The position numbers and the translations under genes were made by a program. A model generated the notes under the pieces. It saw only the letters and a program-made list of their open reading frames with translations, made no database searches and had not been told where the DNA came from. Of a DNA stretch of 64,000 nt, positions 58,510-64,000 are shown piece after piece. Origin of the DNA: an uncultured bacterium (GTDB lineage Bacteria > Patescibacteriota > Patescibacteriia > Magasanikbacterales > GWA2-37-8); contig CALCZC010000025.1 in assembly GCA_937903605.1 (NCBI GenBank), forward strand, positions 206,618-270,617, written 5' to 3'. Every line of letters starts with the position of its first letter. Positions within the stretch are counted from its first letter, which is position 1.

Positions 58510-60012
58510 TTATCTTAAAAATTGTTTTTGAAAATCTTCACAAGCGTTTTTTAATTCGGTCTCCAATTCTTCGTTCCATTCATTTTTTGCTATTTTATCC
58601 AACAAACTACGTTTGGCATTATTCATAAAAGCCAAAAATTTTTCTTCTGTTTCTTTGATATTTTTAACTTCAACCGCGTCAAAATAACCGTTGTTAACCG
58701 CAAAAATAGAAACTACTTCTTCTTCAACCGGATACGGTTTGTATTGTGGCTGTTTGAGCAATTCGGTCAAACGCTGTCCTCTGTCAATTTGTTTTTTGGT
58801 TTCCGGATCCAAATCAGAGGCAAACTGAGCAAAAGCTTCCATCTCACGGAACTGAGCCATAGCCAACTTCAATTTACCGGCAACTTTTTTCATCGGCTTA
58901 GTTTGGGCTGAAGAACCGACACGGGATACAGATAAACCAACATTGAGCGCTGGACGAATACCGCGGTAAAATAAATCTGTTTCCAAAAATATCTGCCCGT
59001 CGGTAATAGAAATCACATTTGTTGGAATATAAGCGGAAACATCACCGGCTTGAGTTTCGATAATCGGCAAAGCTGTGATAGAACCGCCACCATTTTCTTT
59101 GTTAAGGTTACAAGCACGTTCCAATAAACGAGAATGTAAATAAAAAACATCACCCGGATAAGCTTCACGACCAGGCGGACGACGAAGAAGTAGAGAAATT
59201 TCACGATATGCCCAAGCCTGTTTGGTCAAATCATCATACACAACTAAAACATCTTTACCTTTATCGGCAAAATATTCGGCCATAGCTACTCCGGCATAAG
59301 GAGCCAAATAGGACATCGGGGCCGGATCCGAAGCACCGGCCATCACTACGACAGTATATTCCATCGCACCGGTTTCTTGAAGTTTTGCCACCAATCTGGC
59401 AATTTTGGATTCTTTTTGTCCGACCGCCACATAAACACAGATCATGTTTTGTCCTTTTTGATTGATAATTGCATCAATTGCCAAAGCGGTTTTACCGGTT
59501 TGTCTGTCACCAATAATAAGTTCGCGTTGACCACGACCAATCGGAATAAGCGCGTCAACTGCTTTGACACCGGTTTGAACCGGACGATTTACTGGTTCAC
59601 GAGTCATAACTCCGGGAGCAATTCGCTCCAAAGGATAAAATTCTTTGGTTTTAATATTACCTTTACCGTCACGAGGATTACCCAAAATATCAACTACTCT
59701 GCCGATAAGCTGTTCGCCGACCGGTACTGACAAAATACGTCCGGTACGTTTTACCAAATCACCCTCTTTGATTTGTTTGTAATCGCCCAAGATAATAGAA
59801 CCGACAGTTTCTTCTTCCAAATTGAGTGCTACCCCGTAAACTCCTCCGGGAAATTCAAGCATTTCTTGCGCTTGGCAATTTTCCAAACCGCTCATACGCG
59901 CAATACCATCGCCAACCTCTATAACTGTACCAACTTCTTCCACTTGCGCCTGACGTTTAAAAGATTCGATATTATCTTTGAGAGCTTTGATGATTTGATT
60001 GGTATTTGACAT
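58510..60012 (-). CDS. atpA: F1 ATP synthase subunit alpha
   Basis: [10 protein letters not shown]-loop; canonical alpha subunit. Confidence 0.95.
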   Translation of the reverse strand: MSNTNQIIKALKDNIESFKRQAQVEEVGTVIEVGDGIARMSGLENCQAQEMLEFPGGVYGVALNLEEETVGSIILGDYKQIKEGDLVKRTGRILSVPVGEQLIGRVVDILGNPRDGKGNIKTKEFYPLERIAPGVMTREPVNRPVQTGVKAVDALIPIGRGQRELIIGDRQTGKTALAIDAIINQKGQNMICVYVAVGQKESKIARLVAKLQETGAMEYTVVVMAGASDPAPMSYLAPYAGVAMAEYFADKGKDVLVVYDDLTKQAWAYREISLLLRRPPGREAYPGDVFYLHSRLLERACNLNKENGGGSITALPIIETQAGDVSAYIPTNVISITDGQIFLETDLFYRGIRPALNVGLSVSRVGSSAQTKPMKKVAGKLKLAMAQFREMEAFAQFASDLDPETKKQIDRGQRLTELLKQPQYKPYPVEEEVVSIFAVNNGYFDAVEVKNIKETEEKFLAFMNNAKRSLLDKIAKNEWNEELETELKNACEDFQKQFLR

Positions 60013-60021
60013 AACAAAAAT

Positions 60022-60408
60022 TTATATTAGTTGTTGTTTTAATTTATTTATTTGTGTTTTCAGCCCGGCATCAAAAATCTTATTTCCAACTCTGACCACC
60101 GTACCACCCAAAATTTCTTTATCAATTTCTGTTTTGATTTTACCTTTGAGTGAAAGAAATTTTTTAATTTCTTCAATGGTGCTTGGTGAAAGCTCTCGAG
60201 CACTCTTGATAATCGCCTCTTGCGCCCCTTCTGTCTTGGCAGTGTAAGTTTCAAATTCTTTTATAATATAAGAAATTTTATTTAAACTTTGATTTTTTTT
60301 CAGTAACTCAACAAAAACATTGATATTTTTTTCAAGGTCTTTATCAGCAACATCCACTGTTAGCGCATAAAGAATTTTTGCGTATTGTAAAGGCAAAATC
60401 TTTGACAT
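60022..60408 (-). CDS. atpH: F1 ATP synthase subunit delta (OSCP), unusually short at 128 aa
   Basis: Position between atpF and atpA; C-terminal GGTVVRVGNKIFDAGLKTQINKL. Confidence 0.55.
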   Translation of the reverse strand: MSKILPLQYAKILYALTVDVADKDLEKNINVFVELLKKNQSLNKISYIIKEFETYTAKTEGAQEAIIKSARELSPSTIEEIKKFLSLKGKIKTEIDKEILGGTVVRVGNKIFDAGLKTQINKLKQQLI

Positions 60409-60411
60409 AAT

Positions 60412-60921
60412 TTATTTTTTGATTTTTTCCACTATAGATTTAATATATTTTGCATCATCGGTAGCTTTGAGATTTTCACCAAATATTTTTTCTGTCACCA
60501 AAGAAACTAAACCAACGGTCTCCTGACGTAATTCTTCTACCATTTTTTCTTTTTCCGCTCCAATCGTTTTTTTGGCATCTTCTACTATTTTTTGCGTTTC
60601 TTCTTTGGCTTTTATTTTTGCATTTTCCAGTGTAATTTTTGCTTCATTTTGCGCTTCACCCATCAGGTGGTTTACCATCAAACGACCTTCGTCCACAATC
60701 TGTTTTGCTTCCTGTTTGGCAGAGGAAATTTCAGTTTTGGCTTTTTCAAAATTTTCTTGAGCTTCTTGAGCTTTTGTTTGACGTTCTTGAATAATTTTCA
60801 TCAATGGTGCAAAAGCAAATTTTTTCAAAATCCAAAAAGCCACAAGAAAGTTTATAAGATTAAACAAACTCATGTGCCAATCAAAACCGACTTTACCTAA
60901 AATTTCTAATAATTTTTCCAT
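60412..60921 (-). CDS. atpF: Fo ATP synthase subunit b
   Basis: Single N-terminal TM then long charged helix; operon position. Confidence 0.7.
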   Translation of the reverse strand: MEKLLEILGKVGFDWHMSLFNLINFLVAFWILKKFAFAPLMKIIQERQTKAQEAQENFEKAKTEISSAKQEAKQIVDEGRLMVNHLMGEAQNEAKITLENAKIKAKEETQKIVEDAKKTIGAEKEKMVEELRQETVGLVSLVTEKIFGENLKATDDAKYIKSIVEKIKK

Positions 60922-60988
60922 ATATTATTTATAATTTGTGTTTATGGGCACCGCCAAAAAATTTTTGACGGTAAACAAAACGCAAATT

Positions 60989-61204
60989 TTAAACGATAAA
61001 GAAACAAACGAAAGCGTAAATAGCGGTTGATTCGGCCATAGCTACCCCAATAATCATTTTGGAAAAAATACTTCCTTCCATTTTCGGGTTGCGACCGATA
61101 GCTTCGAGAGCTTTACCGATAAGATAACCTTCGCCAATAGCGGATCCGCCCATAGTGATGGTACAAAGACCCTTGGCGATAAGACGTGCGACTTCAATAT
61201 CCAT
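60989..61204 (-). CDS. atpE: Fo ATP synthase subunit c
   Basis: 71 aa, two TM helices; GRNPKMEG loop and conserved carboxylate (AMAEST). Confidence 0.85.
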   Translation of the reverse strand: MDIEVARLIAKGLCTITMGGSAIGEGYLIGKALEAIGRNPKMEGSIFSKMIIGVAMAESTAIYAFVCFFIV

Positions 61205-61242
61205 AAAAAATAAATTAAATTATTTAATTATATTATTAATAA

Positions 61243-62028
61243 TTAGTTAAGTTTTTCCGTATCCACCGCCAAACTATAAAATGCCGCGACAAGCGATCCA
61301 AACACCATAGTTTGCACCACGGCCGCCAATAAACTCAAGAAAAACCACGGTAACGGTAAAAGTAGAGCAAACATGGAAAATAATATTGCGGTCAATACTC
61401 CACCCGCATACATATTGCCAAAAAGACGAAGCGATAAGGAAATAATCCTGGCGATTTCCGAAACTATATCAAGTAGTCCGATAATAAAATCCACTATCGC
61501 CATCGCCCCTTTTCCAAAACCTTGTTTAAAACCTAAATACACTTCTTTGAATTTGAGATATTTACCGATATGTCCAAACAACCCAGCGTCTCTGATACTT
61601 TCTATCTGAATCAAAAGAATCATTGCCAAAGCCAAGCCAAAAGTAATATTAAAATCACTGGTATGTGTGCGGAAAAAGTAAATCCCGTTGTAAGTAAATT
61701 CGGACAAAATCGGTATAAGACCGAGTAGATTGGATAAACCAATATAAACAAAAAGTGCTCCAACTAAAGGCAGTATTTTGAAGGCAAATTTACGACTACC
61801 ACTAATCTGTTCAATAAGGTTAAAAAAAGCTTCGGTTAAACTCTCTGTTGCGGATTGAAATTTACCGGGAATAAATTTAATTTTAGAAGAAATAATAAAA
61901 CTACCGATAGCGATCAAAAGTAATACAAGCAATCCGGAAGTCATGGAATTGGTAAATTCAAAACCACCAACTTTAAAAAGTGTTTCCGGTTTTACAGGTG
62001 CGACTTGTGATTCAACTTGAAAAAACAT
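61243..62028 (-). CDS. atpB: Fo ATP synthase subunit a
   Basis: LSLRLFGNMYAGGVL with the conserved Arg. Confidence 0.85.
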   Translation of the reverse strand: MFFQVESQVAPVKPETLFKVGGFEFTNSMTSGLLVLLLIAIGSFIISSKIKFIPGKFQSATESLTEAFFNLIEQISGSRKFAFKILPLVGALFVYIGLSNLLGLIPILSEFTYNGIYFFRTHTSDFNITFGLALAMILLIQIESIRDAGLFGHIGKYLKFKEVYLGFKQGFGKGAMAIVDFIIGLLDIVSEIARIISLSLRLFGNMYAGGVLTAILFSMFALLLPLPWFFLSLLAAVVQTMVFGSLVAAFYSLAVDTEKLN

Positions 62029-62031
62029 AAA

Positions 62032-62298
62032 TTAAATTTGTTTGTTATTTTCTTCTTTTTCCAATTCTTTAAATTCACGAGAAATTTTGAAATACAATCT
62101 AAAAGCCAAGAACCAAGAAAAAATAAAAGCCCCCAACAATAGAGGCCATATAATATTAAAACTTACTATTTCTTTTTCTTGTAAATACTTTCCCAAAAAT
62201 AAAGCTCCAAACGCTGGAGCAGCAAAAATTATCAATATTTCAAACATCGCTTTAAATGTTTTATGAACTAGGGCTTGTTTTTTGTCCGAAGTTTGCAT
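62032..62298 (-). CDS. small 2-TM membrane protein at the head of the atp operon (AtpI/AtpZ-like?)
   Basis: 88 aa, two hydrophobic helices; position equivalent to atpI. Confidence 0.35.
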   Translation of the reverse strand: MQTSDKKQALVHKTFKAMFEILIIFAAPAFGALFLGKYLQEKEIVSFNIIWPLLLGAFIFSWFLAFRLYFKISREFKELEKEENNKQI

Positions 62299-62343
62299 AA
62301 TTATTTGCTAATTTTAGCTTTATTTTATTTTTAATCCGGCTTC

Positions 62344-62372
62344 ATTTTACAGGAAATTTAGAAACTCGTCAA
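62344..62372 (-). promoter_or_regulatory. sigma-70 promoter TTGACG-N17-TAAAAT (minus strand) for the atp operon
   Basis: Reverse complement reads TTGACGAGTTTCTAAATTTCCTGTAAAAT, ~45 nt upstream of the first atp-operon ORF. Confidence 0.5.
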
Positions 62373-62378
62373 GGGTTT

Positions 62379-63215
62379 TTAAATTTTGAATAATTTTTTG
62401 GCGTTCTCACCGGTTATTTCAACTACTTCTTCCGTTGTTTTTTGGCGAATTTCAGCGATTTTTTTGGCCACTTCCTCTACCATCCAAGGATCACATCGTT
62501 GACCTCGGTAGGCTTGAGGGGCTAGATAAGGAGCGTCCGTTTCTATCAATAATTTATCCGAGGGACAATTTTTGACTACTTCCAACAAATCTTCCTGGAT
62601 TTTTGGATCAGTCTTTTTTGGAGGAAAAGTAATAACACCGGTAAAACCTATATGTAGCCCGAGATCTAAATATTGTTTTGCATAATTCCAGTCCGCGGTA
62701 TAACAATGGACTACCCCATTAATTTTTTTCTTTAAACTTTTTAATAAATCAATCATTTCTTCATGGGCATTTCTAACATGAATAATTATTGGTAAACACA
62801 GTTCCTGCGCCAGTTCGTATTGTTTAATAAAAACTTCTTTTTGTTTTTGTAATATTTTTTCTTTATTCAAATTTTCAGGTAAATGAAAAAGTTCCAAACC
62901 GCATTCCCCTATGGCTATGACTTTTTTATTTTGTGCCAAAGTTTTATATTTATCATAATCAAAATCTTCTTCGCGCGATTTGAACGATGTTTCTTCTTCA
63001 TCAACGTGCGTTTCAAAAAGATGAATAGGGTGCAAACCGACACTAGCGTAAATGTTTTCATATTTTTGCGCCAAGGCTACAGCACGTTCCGATGTGTCAA
63101 TTTGTGATCCAACTACATTCATTATCATATCTTTATCCCCGCAACGTTGCAGAACTTTGTCAAAATCTTCTTGATAAGTTTTGAATTGTAGATGACAGTG
63201 GGAATCGAATAACAT
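62379..63215 (-). CDS. tatD: TatD-family metal-dependent hydrolase/DNase
   Basis: MLFDSHCHLQF N-terminal signature; conserved His/Glu/Asp ligands. Confidence 0.85.
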   Translation of the reverse strand: MLFDSHCHLQFKTYQEDFDKVLQRCGDKDMIMNVVGSQIDTSERAVALAQKYENIYASVGLHPIHLFETHVDEEETSFKSREEDFDYDKYKTLAQNKKVIAIGECGLELFHLPENLNKEKILQKQKEVFIKQYELAQELCLPIIIHVRNAHEEMIDLLKSLKKKINGVVHCYTADWNYAKQYLDLGLHIGFTGVITFPPKKTDPKIQEDLLEVVKNCPSDKLLIETDAPYLAPQAYRGQRCDPWMVEEVAKKIAEIRQKTTEEVVEITGENAKKLFKI

Positions 63216-63288
63216 ACAATAAATTAAAAAATTGCAAGATTGAAAGATTTAAAAATTATTTGGATACGAAATACAAAAATATACGTAA

Positions 63289-64000
63289 TTACGAACCGAG
63301 GTTAATGACAAGGTTGAAATTATTAAATTGATAATTTTGCAAACGGGAATTTTTTGCGAAGTCATCCATATACTTTTCCGCCTTTTGATATTCCATTAAC
63401 GATACAGCACTGGCTTGTTGCTGAAGCGGAAAAACATGTAAAGATATTTTATTTTCTTTTATAATTAAACCCAAAGCTAATCCTTGTTGGGTGGGAACGG
63501 AAAAATATTGATCAAAAATAAAATTTCCCAAAGAATAAAAAATTGGTTTATTTTGATAAATTTCCATTTCTTGCACTACATGCGGATGATGACCGATAAT
63601 AATATCTGCACCGTTATCTATAAAATAATGTGCGAGCTCGCGTTGATGGGTATTGGAAATTTCTTTGTACTCATATCCCCAATGAATAAAAATAATAATT
63701 TTATCAGAGCCTTTGCTTTTAGCTGAATCAATCAGTTTTTTTACCGCTATTTTTTCCACCGGTAAATTGGTATCGTTGAGTCCGATAAAACCTATTTTAT
63801 AATCCCCTGTTTGTTTAACAATCAAAGATTCATTATCTACTCTATATTGCGAACCAAAATATTCAAAACCAAATTTATCTAGATTTTTTTTCGCTTCATC
63901 AAATCCGGCTTTACTCATATCAAGTGTATGGTTATTGGCCAAACCAAATAAACCAAAATTGTATTTTTTCAATTCCGGTAAAAGCGTAGGGTCAAAACGA
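63289..64000 (-). CDS. CapA/PgsA-family metallophosphoesterase-like protein (N-terminally partial; continues beyond the window edge)
   Basis: GHHPHVVQ and LGNFIFDQ motifs. The frame stays open past the TTG at 63970-63972 to position 64000 (upstream residues ...RFDPTLLPEL). Confidence 0.55.
   Translation of the reverse strand, partial: RFDPTLLPELKKYNFGLFGLANNHTLDMSKAGFDEAKKNLDKFGFEYFGSQYRVDNESLIVKQTGDYKIGFIGLNDTNLPVEKIAVKKLIDSAKSKGSDKIIIFIHWGYEYKEISNTHQRELAHYFIDNGADIIIGHHPHVVQEMEIYQNKPIFYSLGNFIFDQYFSVPTQQGLALGLIIKENKISLHVFPLQQQASAVSLMEYQKAEKYMDDFAKNSRLQNYQFNNFNLVINLGS

Overview
This is a 64-kb window of an AT-rich (~34% GC), compact, small-genome bacterium. My guess, from sequence features only, is a Patescibacteria/CPR-like organism. 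Most genes are on the minus strand. Housekeeping content: ftsEX and an FtsB-like gene, a parvulin PPIase, a Mur-ligase-like gene and murG, the dnaG-rpoD pair, a MacAB-type efflux module (HlyD adaptor, ABC ATPase, two FtsX-type permeases), a CCA-adding enzyme, pilT, ribosomal proteins L21 and L27, tRNA-modification genes (MtaB-like, tsaE, queH), rarA, a cardiolipin-synthase-like PLD, a UvrD-family helicase with an embedded DEDDh exonuclease, lgt, a complete F1Fo ATP synthase operon, tatD and a partial capA-like gene. A ~17-kb surface-glycan cluster spans 26.6-46.5 kb and includes a dTDP-3-amino-6-deoxyhexose branch, GDP-fucose synthesis (gmd/fcl), a GT11 fucosyltransferase, three methyltransferases, a Wzx flippase and an O-antigen-ligase/TPR protein. 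Six tRNAs were identified by hand-folding: Gln-TTG, Thr-CGT, Gly-CCC, Lys-TTT, Pro-GGG and Pro-CGG. The most striking feature is a ~0.83-kb GC-rich, ORF-free, highly structured locus between the two tRNA-Pro genes. It has a perfect TTGACA-N17-TATACT promoter and a 24-bp-stem intrinsic terminator and looks like a large ncRNA that I cannot assign to RNase P, tmRNA or SRP by eye. The window also carries several repeat and mobile-element families: two 'four-helix-bundle' (23S-IVS-type) genes bracketed by inverted repeats, a GIY-YIG gene framed by direct and inverted repeats at the 5' end of tRNA-Lys, GC-rich nested-hairpin elements with conserved TGTCATYC...GRATGACA termini, a CCCCTCCTTCG-TAAGGAGGGG hairpin element that also sits in-frame inside rarA, and pervasive 7-8-bp-periodic AT repeats. 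There is also an unannotated 43-codon Cys-rich (metallothionein-like) gene with a perfect sigma-70 promoter.
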